A DNA stretch of 64,000 nucleotides from an uncultured Gammaproteobacteria bacterium (GTDB lineage: Bacteria; Patescibacteriota; Microgenomatia; Daviesbacterales; UBA10151): contig CAYOSW010000001.1 in NCBI GenBank assembly GCA_964406775.1, forward strand, positions 10,474-74,473, given 5' to 3'. A model generated the notes under the pieces. The model worked only from the letters and a program-made list of their open reading frames with translations. It ran no database searches and was not told the origin of the DNA. This document shows, in pieces, positions 7,578-16,945 of the stretch. Within the stretch, counting starts at the first letter, position 1. The number at the start of each line of letters is the position of its first letter. Made by a program: the position numbers and the translations under genes.

Positions 7578-8936
7578 TTATATTTTCCGGATAGTTGCGC
7601 TGATTGGTTTATCCGGGCGCAGCACCGCAAGAGGAGCCGGTTTTGCATCCGTATCAGCGTGAATATCGTGGCCCTGCAGCATTGTAGCGAGAATAAGCGG
7701 GCCTTCAACCATAGCTAAAGCCTGGCCGATACAGGACCTCTCCCCGGTTCCGAACGGGATAAATGATTCCCGCACTGCTGGCCTTTTATCATAAAACCTC
7801 TCCGGTCTGAATTTTTCCGGTTCGTCCCAATAGTCAGGGTGACGGTGTGTCAAATAAGAACAAACGGCAATCACCGAATCTTTTTCTATTGTCTCGCCCG
7901 TTGTGAATCCGATATCTTCCGTTGCCTTGCGGGTAAAGATCCATACCGGAGGAGTTAGTCTCATTGATTCTTCCATCACCGCTTTATGCCATTTTAATGA
8001 CCGGACTTTTTCGAGATCAGGTAGTCCTCCTCTCATCACTTCCTGCGACTCTTTTCTTAAAAGTTCAAGATGCTGCGCATTTTCCGGTTTGGATAAATTC
8101 ATAAAAGTCCAGGTCAGGGCTGTAGAAGTAGTTTCGTGACCGGCCAGAAGAAACATCAATGCCTCGTTAACTAAAGCGTCGCGGTTTGCCTGAGTGGGAC
8201 GCTGTAATCCCTCTTTTACCATTAAGCCGAAGAGCTCATTCTTATTCGGATCGTCATAGCCGCGGCTTAAAATATCCCCGCCGGTTGCCCTTAAATTTGT
8301 CAGCGCTTGTCTGACAGTTCTGAATAAAGGAGTTTCCAGAAGATGAACCGGCAATCCGCCCATTCTGAGCGTATAACTGTAAAAATCCAAAGCTGTAGTT
8401 AAATCGCGGTTTAAACGGACAGTTTCCTCGGGTGTAGCCTGGTATCCGAAAAAAGCTTCGGTAGCGATTCTTAATGTAAGTGACGTTAAATCCGCACTCA
8501 AGTCGGGTGTTACGGGATTTCCGACCCGCCTGGGATAATCAGTTTCCCAGGAATCTAGGGTTGCCCCTGCCTGTGCCGATATTACCGGAATATAGGATGC
8601 CAGCATTTTCCGGTGAAAAGCCGGAAGAGCCATCTGTCTGCGCCATTTCCATTCTTCTCCGTCGGCAATATCCAGCATATTTGTGCCTATCAGACGGCGC
8701 ATAATTTCCGAATCAAAGCCTGCTTTATCTATTTTGTCTTCGTGAGTCGAAAAAAGTTCACCTATAAGTAACGGATCTGAGAGTAAAATCCCTCGGCGGC
8801 TTAGAAAATTAACTTTAGCAAAACCTCCGCGAGAAGCAAATATTTGTCCTATTCCTTCAAGCGGGCTGTGTGAAAATACGTATGCTGCCCCGAGGGCTTC
8901 TGCAAATCCCAATTTCGGTTCGTGAACGATAGCCAT
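7578..8936 (-). CDS. Cytochrome P450
   Basis: I-helix AGHETT, ExxR (EESMR), PERF and heme ligand FGTGERSCIG. ATG 8936 lies 8 nt after TATAAT. Confidence 0.95.
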   Translation of the reverse strand: MAIVHEPKLGFAEALGAAYVFSHSPLEGIGQIFASRGGFAKVNFLSRRGILLSDPLLIGELFSTHEDKIDKAGFDSEIMRRLIGTNMLDIADGEEWKWRRQMALPAFHRKMLASYIPVISAQAGATLDSWETDYPRRVGNPVTPDLSADLTSLTLRIATEAFFGYQATPEETVRLNRDLTTALDFYSYTLRMGGLPVHLLETPLFRTVRQALTNLRATGGDILSRGYDDPNKNELFGLMVKEGLQRPTQANRDALVNEALMFLLAGHETTSTALTWTFMNLSKPENAQHLELLRKESQEVMRGGLPDLEKVRSLKWHKAVMEESMRLTPPVWIFTRKATEDIGFTTGETIEKDSVIAVCSYLTHRHPDYWDEPEKFRPERFYDKRPAVRESFIPFGTGERSCIGQALAMVEGPLILATMLQGHDIHADTDAKPAPLAVLRPDKPISATIRKI

Positions 8937-9035
8937 AGCCAAATATTATAAAACAGTTCATACTCTATTACAACCTATAGTTCATTGAAACAAGCTACTA
9001 TGCTGGAGCGAAGTGGCTGAGACCGGTAATTCTCA

Positions 9036-9725
9036 TTAACTATTCGGGGAAAGGGGTAGTATTTCGCTTTTGAGTAATCCGATAATATACGGGACACTTC
9101 CTGGTTGGTCAAAATGGCCCTGGCCTTGAGCCAAAATAGGTTTTGCGCCGAAAGTTGAGGCAATGTTCCCGAGATTAGTTTCGGGAGGTTTGACGACCGT
9201 ATCGTCTGCTGAATTTACGGCAACAAACGCTCCGCGGATGTGGTCCCTGATTATTGAGGGAGATAATTGTCTGCCGTAGCATCTTTGGTCGAGTAAGGGG
9301 TCGCCTGAAGCAGTTTTATGTCTTCCCGCAATCAGAAGTGCGGCATCTACTGTCACTGCGTATTGACTGAGGGTATACAAAGCAATATTTACGCCTAAGC
9401 TGTGGCCGGCAAGTATCACAGGTCTTTTGGCTGATCGAATAAGTTCTGCTAATTTATAGGAGGCTGTCTCCGGATTCATTATTTTTTCCGGATCTGAGGT
9501 ATTAGCCGGGTTGGTTAAGGGTAAATCGGGGACAACGGTCAGTAAATTTAATTGGGAAGGTGCCTGGATGCTTAGTGTGGAATAAACTCCCATATCAGGT
9601 GAACCGTTATAACCGTGAGTCAGAATTAGCGTGCCTGAAAATTCGTGTCCTGTAAAAAGAAGTGCAAAAGCTCCGGCTGTCGTTTTTAAAAACCCCCGCC
9701 TGCCAACCCGAATTCTTTCGGCCAT
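9036..9725 (-). CDS. Alpha/beta hydrolase (RBBP9/YdeN-like) with twin-arginine-like N-terminus
   Basis: HGYNG oxyanion motif, GHSLG nucleophile elbow, DDTVV, GHF; N-terminal RRGFLK. Confidence 0.8.
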   Translation of the reverse strand: MAERIRVGRRGFLKTTAGAFALLFTGHEFSGTLILTHGYNGSPDMGVYSTLSIQAPSQLNLLTVVPDLPLTNPANTSDPEKIMNPETASYKLAELIRSAKRPVILAGHSLGVNIALYTLSQYAVTVDAALLIAGRHKTASGDPLLDQRCYGRQLSPSIIRDHIRGAFVAVNSADDTVVKPPETNLGNIASTFGAKPILAQGQGHFDQPGSVPYIIGLLKSEILPLSPNS

Positions 9726-9837
9726 ATCGAAATTATAGTAAAAACAACCGCAAAAAGCATACGTCACGCGTACCTGCTTACACTTCTCTTACAGCTTCTT
9801 AAATCATCTTAGAAAAATATGTTATATAAATCTCATT

Positions 9838-9987
9838 ATGGATCCTAACGTTGCCGAAGCGCAAAGAAAAAGAGAGGAAGCCGAAAGACTCCAGCAGGAA
9901 GCTGACCTTGAGGAAGCGCGGGCCAGAGAACTCGCAGAACAAGAGAAAGCAGCGATTGATGATAAATACGGAATAAGTCAACAGTAA
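9838..9987 (+). CDS. Small charged coiled-coil protein (49 aa), not in the ORF track
   Basis: MDPNVAEAQRKREEAERLQQEADLEEARARELAEQEKAAIDDKYGISQQ*; fills the intergenic gap. Confidence 0.6.
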   Translation: MDPNVAEAQRKREEAERLQQEADLEEARARELAEQEKAAIDDKYGISQQ

Positions 9988-10063
9988 TCCGTCAGGTAAA
10001 TGTCTGAATTAAGTTATTTTGCAGGGTTGTCAAACTTTTTTCTGACAGATAAAATGATTCTGC

Positions 10064-13000
10064 GTGAAAAGGGAACTGCAATCACCAGTACCGAATGCCC
10101 TTTACATCCCCGGCAGGGTCCACGATGCTTGCGGGGTTGGTTTTTTGGCAAACGTGAACGGCTACCGTTCAGGCCGTCTTCTTCAGGATTCTCTCATAGC
10201 TTTAGGCAGACTTTCCCACAGGGGTGCCAACGTCGGGGACACTTCTGACGGTTCGGGAATACTAATTCAGCTTCCATCGGAATTTTTTGCACTTCAGGCC
10301 GGGCGCCTGGGGCACGGTACTAGAAATTTACAGCCTGGGGATTTAGGAGTCGGGATGGTTTTTTTGCCGGGACAGGATAGACAGGCTGCGGAATCGGCAA
10401 GAGGAAGAACCGAAATAGCGTTCGCGTCGAGAAATTTACGTGTACTCGGGTGGCGCGAAGTTCCTGTCGAACCCGGAGTTCTGGGAAAAAAGGCCGGAGA
10501 TACAAAGCCTCAAATTGAGCAGATAATAATTTCCCGTCCCGAAGGAATGGATGCTAAAGCTTTTGAGAGAGAGCTTCATCTGGCAAGCAGGCTGGCGGAA
10601 AATCTTTCGTCGCAGGCGGATATTGAAGGATTATATTTTGCGTCCGTTTCCGCGCAAACTCTTACCTATAAAGCGTTAGTTGAAGGAAGCAAACTCGGCC
10701 AGTTTTATCCCGAACTATCGGATCCCCTGATGCAGATTGCTTTTGCCCAGGTTCATCAAAGATATTCAACAAACACTTTACCGAGTTGGGAAAATGCCCA
10801 GCCTTTTCAGTTCCTTGCTCATAACGGGGAAATAAATACGGTTGGTGGCAATAAAATATGGACCGCAGCCAGGGAAGCGGGGATGAGATCTCCTGTCTGG
10901 GGTGGTGCATTAGCAGACCTAAGCCCGGTCATTCGGGGCGGAGGTTCGGATTCGGCGAACTTAGATAATGTTATTAAACTCCTGACACTCTCGGGACGCT
11001 CGGTAAGCGAAGCTATGGCCATAGCTGTTCCATCAGCTTGGGAAAACGATAGTGGAATGAGCGCGCAGGAGAGAGCCTTCTTCGAGCACGGACAGCTTTT
11101 TATGAATCCCTGGGACGGACCTGCACTTTTGGTTTTTACCGACGGAACGGAAATCGGCGCAATTTTGGATCGGAACGGTTTACGGCCTGCAAGATATATG
11201 GAAACCAAAGGCGGATTGATTGCGGTTACTTCGGAAGCGGGCGTTGTGCCTGTTGATGAATCTGAAATTACCAAAAAAGGAAGGCTCGGACCGGGACAGA
11301 TGGTTATTGTCGATATTGCCGGGGGGAGGGTTAAGGAAGATGCGCAAATAAAAACGGAACTTGCCTCAAAACACCCTTACGCGCAAATTACTGGGGAGAC
11401 TATCCGCCCTTTAAGCGTTTTTACGGGCAGGACCGAACCTGATTTAAACGGCCACGAACATTATCTTCTTTATCCTCCGACTTTAAGCCAGCTCCAGATT
11501 GCCCACGGTATGACGCACGAAGATATCGAAACTGTAATTACATCTATGGCTCAGGAAGGAAAAGACCCGGTATGGTCGATGGGCAAGGATACACCTGAGG
11601 CGGCGATTTTATCCGATGTTGTGCGTCCGCTTGATGTATTTTTTAAACAGCGTTTTGCTCAGGTAACAAATCCTCCCATCGATCCTATAAGGGAGAGAGC
11701 CGTAATGTCTTTAAATACGGTATTGGGTCCCAGACCCGATATGCTTTCAACCGAAGTTTTTGACGGTACGGTTATTAAACTTGAAAGTCCGATACTTGAT
11801 GATGCTCAGCTTAAGGTTTTAAAGTCGGTTAAAGAAGGTCCCGTATCGGTTGCAACAGTCGGGACATTATTTGATATCGCCAAAGGCCCGGGAGAGCTGG
11901 AAAATGCGGTTGCCGGTCTGGTTAAGCAGGCAGAGGCTCTCGTTGATTCGGGTAAGGGGATATTGGTCTTAAGCGACAGAGGAATAACAAAAGATAAGGC
12001 TTCAATGCCGATATTGATGGCGCTCGGTGCGGTTCATCAGCATCTTATAAAAACAGGCAAGAGAATGCAGACAAGTATTGTGGTCGAGACGGGCTCTTCC
12101 TGGGATATTCACCAGCTGGCTTTGCTTGCAGGATACGGAGCAGATGCCATCAATCCCTGGCTGGCCTTTCAGACTGCGGAAGCGATAGCTGCTTCAAAAT
12201 CCGATAACGGACACGGCGACAGACTGATGAGGGAGGCGAGAGAAAAATACCGCAAGGCTGCGGAAGCAGGGCTTTTAAAGATTTTTTCCAAGATGGGAAT
12301 CTCCACTTTTGCAGGCTACCAGGGTGCCCAGATTTTTGATGCCATTGGTTTATCCCGGGACGTTGTTGATCTTTGTTTTACCGGTACTTCGTCTCCTTTA
12401 GGCGGACTGGGATTTGAACAAATAGGAGAGGACGTTATAGCTCTTCACACCCAGGCTTTTGATCACGACGGCTTATCAAAATTGCCGTTTCCGGGACTAT
12501 TTAAGTTTAACAGACAGGGTCCGGGTCCTTCGATGAGTCACGCACATTCGCCGGAAGTCTGGCGGGCACTCCAGGCTGTTGCCAGGAACGGGATTCCTGC
12601 CCACGATGGTGTCGAGCTGAAATATCAGGTTTACGCGGATAAAATTAACGGAGGTCCGGTCAGGGGACTGCGGGATTTATTGGGATTCGTTCCGCAAAAT
12701 CCGGAAATTGATATTTCTGAGGTTGAAGATGCTTTGGGGATAGTTAGAGGCAGGTTTATTTCAACCGCGATGTCGCTAGGGGCATTGGGGCCTGAAGCCT
12801 GGAAGGACCTGGCGGTTGCTATGAACCGCCTAGGCGGACGTTCCAATTCGGGAGAGGGCGGGGAAGATCCGAGATTATATCGGGATCAGCCTGAGCGGAT
12901 GGATAATAAAATTAAGCAAGTTGCTTCAGCCAGATTCGGTGTAACCGCGGAATATTTGATTATGGCTGATGAGCTGGAAATTAAAATGGCCCAGGGCGCC

Positions 13001-14656
13001 AAACCCGGAGAAGGGGGTCAATTACCAGGTTTTAAAGTTAATTCCGAAATTGCTTTCTATAGAAAAACGGAGGAAGGTATTGAATTAATATCTCCACCTC
13101 CCCACCACGATATTTACAGTATCGAAGACCTGGCTCAGCTGATTTATGATTTAAAACAGGTTAACCCTGATGCCAAAATCGGAGTAAAGCTGGTTTCTGA
13201 ATCGGGAGTCGGAACAATAGCCGCGGGAGTTGCTAAAGCGGGCGCAGATTATGTTTTAATTGCAGGAAACAACGGAGGAACAGGTGCAGCACCCTTGGCG
13301 TCCATTCATAGCGCGGGTTCTCCTCTTGAATTAGGTCTTGCGGAGGCTCAGCAGGAACTGGTGGCCAACGGTTTAAGGGGAGGAATAACTCTGCGGGCCG
13401 ACGGCGGACTTCAAACCGGCAGGGATGTGGTTATTGCGGCAATGCTGGGGGCTGATGAATTCGGCTTCGGGACAAGTCTTCTGGAGTCCCTCGGGTGTGT
13501 TATGGCCAGACAATGTCACTTAAATACGTGTCCGGCAGGAATTGCCACACAGGACCCCGAAAAAAGAGCAAGATATAAAGGGACTCCTGACAATGCGGCA
13601 GCATATCTGCTCAGTGTTGCACGGGATGTAAGAGGATATCTTGCCAGACTGGGAGTCTCGAGTCTTGATGAGGTTATCGGCAGGACAGATTTCCTGACCC
13701 AGCTGCCGAGCGAGTCCGCAGTACGCGCCAACACTCTGGATTTATCACCCGTTTTAGCTCAAATAGATCCCACAGGCAGTGAACCGAAGAAGCGGATACC
13801 CGGACGGACCAATGCCGCACCCGAGAAAGGAAGACAAATCAATAAAACAATTCTTGAAGATGTAAAAAGCGGATTAATAGCCGGAGGTTCCGTTGAAAGA
13901 ACTTACGAAGTTTCAGTCAGCGACAGGACGATTGGTGCAACTCTTGCCGGTTTTATCGCAAAGGAATTCGGGATTCTGCCTGAAACGGGACTACCCGAGG
14001 GGGCGGTTAAACTGAACTTCAGGGGAAGTGCCGGGCAGAGTTTTGCCGCATTTGCCTCTCTCGGAATGGAATTAAATCTTGAGGGGGAGGCGCAGGACGG
14101 CGTTGCTAAAAGCCTGTCGGGAGGAGTCATTACAATAAGACCTCCGCGTGAAGCAGGCTATGTTCATCAGGAGAGCGTGATAGTTGGAAACGCTGTCGGA
14201 TATGGGGCAACTTCGGGTAAAGTCTTTATTTCCGGTCAGGCAGGTGAGCGGTTTGCGGTAAGAAACAGCGGAGCGACGCTGGTTGTTGAAGGTTTAGGAG
14301 ATCACGGTTGCGAATATATGACCGGCGGAGAGGTCTTCGTATTAGGAAAAACTGGTAAAAATTTCGGTGCCGGAATGTCGGCAGGAACGGCTTATGTTCT
14401 TGATGAAAGTGGAGATTTTGAGGGTAAAGTGAATAAAGAGATGGTTAATGTTGCGGTCATAAACGAGGGAGGGGAATTGGAGAAACTCAGAGCTATGATA
14501 GAAGAACACCGCACAAGAACCGGCAGTGTTAAGGGCTCCGAGATGCTAGATAATTGGGAAACTTACTCCGGACTATTCAGAAAAGTTGAGCCTAAAAAAG
14601 CAAAAAATGCACAAATTCAGGATCCCGTTGCAGCCACCGCGGCAGCCCGGGCATAG
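10064..14656 (+). CDS. gltB: Glutamate synthase large subunit
   Basis: Propeptide then catalytic Cys (HDACGVGF), HQRYSTNT, HNGEINT, FMN domain SNSGEGGED/KQVASARFGV/QGAKPGEGGQL, 3Fe-4S motif CVMARQCHLNTC and GXGXG C-terminal domain. Confidence 0.97.
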   Translation: MKRELQSPVPNALYIPGRVHDACGVGFLANVNGYRSGRLLQDSLIALGRLSHRGANVGDTSDGSGILIQLPSEFFALQAGRLGHGTRNLQPGDLGVGMVFLPGQDRQAAESARGRTEIAFASRNLRVLGWREVPVEPGVLGKKAGDTKPQIEQIIISRPEGMDAKAFERELHLASRLAENLSSQADIEGLYFASVSAQTLTYKALVEGSKLGQFYPELSDPLMQIAFAQVHQRYSTNTLPSWENAQPFQFLAHNGEINTVGGNKIWTAAREAGMRSPVWGGALADLSPVIRGGGSDSANLDNVIKLLTLSGRSVSEAMAIAVPSAWENDSGMSAQERAFFEHGQLFMNPWDGPALLVFTDGTEIGAILDRNGLRPARYMETKGGLIAVTSEAGVVPVDESEITKKGRLGPGQMVIVDIAGGRVKEDAQIKTELASKHPYAQITGETIRPLSVFTGRTEPDLNGHEHYLLYPPTLSQLQIAHGMTHEDIETVITSMAQEGKDPVWSMGKDTPEAAILSDVVRPLDVFFKQRFAQVTNPPIDPIRERAVMSLNTVLGPRPDMLSTEVFDGTVIKLESPILDDAQLKVLKSVKEGPVSVATVGTLFDIAKGPGELENAVAGLVKQAEALVDSGKGILVLSDRGITKDKASMPILMALGAVHQHLIKTGKRMQTSIVVETGSSWDIHQLALLAGYGADAINPWLAFQTAEAIAASKSDNGHGDRLMREAREKYRKAAEAGLLKIFSKMGISTFAGYQGAQIFDAIGLSRDVVDLCFTGTSSPLGGLGFEQIGEDVIALHTQAFDHDGLSKLPFPGLFKFNRQGPGPSMSHAHSPEVWRALQAVARNGIPAHDGVELKYQVYADKINGGPVRGLRDLLGFVPQNPEIDISEVEDALGIVRGRFISTAMSLGALGPEAWKDLAVAMNRLGGRSNSGEGGEDPRLYRDQPERMDNKIKQVASARFGVTAEYLIMADELEIKMAQGAKPGEGGQLPGFKVNSEIAFYRKTEEGIELISPPPHHDIYSIEDLAQLIYDLKQVNPDAKIGVKLVSESGVGTIAAGVAKAGADYVLIAGNNGGTGAAPLASIHSAGSPLELGLAEAQQELVANGLRGGITLRADGGLQTGRDVVIAAMLGADEFGFGTSLLESLGCVMARQCHLNTCPAGIATQDPEKRARYKGTPDNAAAYLLSVARDVRGYLARLGVSSLDEVIGRTDFLTQLPSESAVRANTLDLSPVLAQIDPTGSEPKKRIPGRTNAAPEKGRQINKTILEDVKSGLIAGGSVERTYEVSVSDRTIGATLAGFIAKEFGILPETGLPEGAVKLNFRGSAGQSFAAFASLGMELNLEGEAQDGVAKSLSGGVITIRPPREAGYVHQESVIVGNAVGYGATSGKVFISGQAGERFAVRNSGATLVVEGLGDHGCEYMTGGEVFVLGKTGKNFGAGMSAGTAYVLDESGDFEGKVNKEMVNVAVINEGGELEKLRAMIEEHRTRTGSVKGSEMLDNWETYSGLFRKVEPKKAKNAQIQDPVAATAAARA

Positions 14657-14704
14657 GGAACTTGAATATAATGACTGCCGGGACTTCGCTGTATAATTAC
14701 CACA

Positions 14705-15661
14705 ATGAATTGGGTTGATCTTACAATTATTATTCTGCTTCTGTTTTTTGTTTATGAATCCATCGGACGCAATTTGTTGAGTGAGGTTCTTGATGCCGCG
14801 TCATTTCTGATCGCTTTTTTTGCTTCACTGCGTTTTTATAACGAAATAGCTTCATTTTTTATTAACAATTTTCAGGTTCCGAACTCCCTAAGCAAAATTT
14901 TCGGTTTTATTATCGTTTGGTTTTTGGTGGAAGCGGTATTTTTCGGTTTAATCCATCTGATTGTTTTTAAGTCACTCAAATTTATTCGCTATCCGAAATT
15001 CTTAAATTATCTTTCTCTGGTTCCAGCACTGTTTCGGGGATTGGTGTTTATTTCAATTATCTTAGTACTCTTAGGTACTTTTCCGGTCCAGCCGAGGATA
15101 AAAAAAGACATTCACGATTCAAAACTCGGATCACTGATTTTAAATCAAACATATAAGCTTGAAGGGCCCTTAAAAGAAGTTTTCGGCGGGATTACCGAGG
15201 ACACCTTTACATTCCTGACGGTAAAGCCCAGAAGTGATCAGACGGTTAATTTAGGTTTTAAAACGACAGAATTCAGCCCCAATCCTGCATTTGAAAATGA
15301 GCTTATCGCCCTGGTCAATAAAGAAAGAGCCTCGAGGAATTTACAAACACTTACCGCTGATGATACATTAACAAAAATCGGCAGAGGTCACTCGGTTGAT
15401 ATGTTTACCAGAGGTTACTTTGCCCATAATTCTCCGGAGGGAAGGAATGTATCCGATAGGGCAATGGAAAAAAATTACAGCTTTTTGGTTATCGGAGAAA
15501 ATTTGGCATATGCCCCAAGTGTAGCGCTGGCGCACAAAGGATTGATGGACTCCGAAGGCCACCGGGCGAATATTTTATCTCCCGATTTCAGTAAAATAGG
15601 TATCGGAATAATGGACGGGGGGGTTTACGGACTTATGGTAACGCAGGTTTTCTCAAATTAG
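14705..15661 (+). CDS. CvpA family membrane domain fused to CAP/SCP domain
   Basis: MNWVDL.. TM helices; CAP motifs LVNKER, HSVDM..YFAH, GENLA, SEGHRANIL. Confidence 0.88.
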   Translation: MNWVDLTIIILLLFFVYESIGRNLLSEVLDAASFLIAFFASLRFYNEIASFFINNFQVPNSLSKIFGFIIVWFLVEAVFFGLIHLIVFKSLKFIRYPKFLNYLSLVPALFRGLVFISIILVLLGTFPVQPRIKKDIHDSKLGSLILNQTYKLEGPLKEVFGGITEDTFTFLTVKPRSDQTVNLGFKTTEFSPNPAFENELIALVNKERASRNLQTLTADDTLTKIGRGHSVDMFTRGYFAHNSPEGRNVSDRAMEKNYSFLVIGENLAYAPSVALAHKGLMDSEGHRANILSPDFSKIGIGIMDGGVYGLMVTQVFSN

Positions 15662-15662
15662 T

Positions 15663-16271
15663 ATGGATTATAAAAAGGTTTCACTGCTCGGGCTGGTAAT
15701 TCTAATTTCTATTTCGCTTGGATCTTTTTTAATTTGGCAGGGACTTAATCTGGACAGGAAAGCTGACGAGCAAAATGTCCTAGGCAGTTTAACCGAGCAG
15801 ACTGTTGCTTCAGCTTCACCCTCCGCAAGTCCGGTTACTTCGCTTAATTCACAAAATCCTCTTGCAGAAGTCGTAAAAGTGGTTGACGGAGACACTTTTG
15901 AGGTGAGGATTGACGGACAAAACTATAAAGTAAGGATGATCGGGATAGATACGCCCGAAACCGTTGATCCGCGCAGGCCTGTAGGATGCTTCGGGAAAAA
16001 AGCCAGTGCTGAGACCAAAAGATTACTCGAAGGTAAAGAAGTAATTTTAGCAAAGGATGTATCAGAAGCAGATAAATATAACCGCCTGCTGAGGTATGTA
16101 TATTTACCAATTGGCGACGGAAACAATCTATTTATAAATGATTATCTGATACGCCAGGGTTATGCAAAAATCCTGACATATCCGCCGGATATAAAATATA
16201 ACTCAAGATTTCTTGAGGCAGAAAGGGAAGCCAGGGATAATTTAAGGGGATTGTGGGGAGAATGCAAATGA
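15663..16271 (+). CDS. Membrane-anchored thermonuclease (SNase family)
   Basis: VVDGDTF, VRMIGIDTPE, DKYNRLLRYV, RGLWG. Confidence 0.92.
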   Translation: MDYKKVSLLGLVILISISLGSFLIWQGLNLDRKADEQNVLGSLTEQTVASASPSASPVTSLNSQNPLAEVVKVVDGDTFEVRIDGQNYKVRMIGIDTPETVDPRRPVGCFGKKASAETKRLLEGKEVILAKDVSEADKYNRLLRYVYLPIGDGNNLFINDYLIRQGYAKILTYPPDIKYNSRFLEAEREARDNLRGLWGECK

Positions 16272-16402
16272 AGTTTAATGGTAAAATAAGTTATTAACGG
16301 GTCCTGCCGGCTCGCAGCCCCCAAAAATGTACTCAAAGAGCAAGCTCTTAATTGCGTCATTTTTCAGGGCGCCCCGCTCGCCATCACCCGTATATTTAAT
16401 AA

Positions 16403-16945
16403 ATGGACAAGAAATTTTGGTTTCAGCTTGCAGGGCTCGCAATAGTAATATTGGCTGCAACATTTTTCGCATTTAACCGCAAGACACTTATTCCTTTTAC
16501 AAGTCAATTTATAAAGCCTACCGCTCAGACAGTAAATAAAGAGACCGAGAAGCAGATAAAAATTGTTGACCCGTCCGGGAATATTAAAGCGATTATAAAT
16601 GCGGAGATGGCCGACACTCCTGAAAAAAGGACTAAAGGTTTGGGGTATAGGGATTCGCTGGCGACGGATTCCGGAATGTTTTTTAATCACGAAAATACTC
16701 AGAAATACACTTATTGGATGAAAGGTATGAGATTTCCGATAGATATTATGTGGATTTTGGATGATGAAATCGTAGATCTTATTCAGAATGTTCCGGCCCC
16801 GGTACAAGGGCAAAGTGACGATACTCTGGAGCGCTATTCCTCTGTTGTGCCGGTAAACAATGTTCTTGAAACAAATGCCGGATTTGTTCAAAAGTTCGGA
16901 ATCTCTCCCGGCGACAAGATTATTCTGGAGGATAAATCGAAGTAA
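16403..16945 (+). CDS. DUF192 family protein
   Basis: ADTPEKRTKGL, GMFF, WMKGMRFPIDI, VLETNAG. Confidence 0.88.
   Translation: MDKKFWFQLAGLAIVILAATFFAFNRKTLIPFTSQFIKPTAQTVNKETEKQIKIVDPSGNIKAIINAEMADTPEKRTKGLGYRDSLATDSGMFFNHENTQKYTYWMKGMRFPIDIMWILDDEIVDLIQNVPAPVQGQSDDTLERYSSVVPVNNVLETNAGFVQKFGISPGDKIILEDKSK

Noticed and set aside
9799-9981. 60-aa minus-strand ORF
   Set aside because: Antisense shadow of the more protein-like 49-aa plus-strand ORF.
10000-14130. Several short ORFs overlapping gltB
   Set aside because: Alternate-frame or antisense shadows of a well-conserved gene. The same applies to short ORFs inside uvrA, uvrB, typA and the dap genes.
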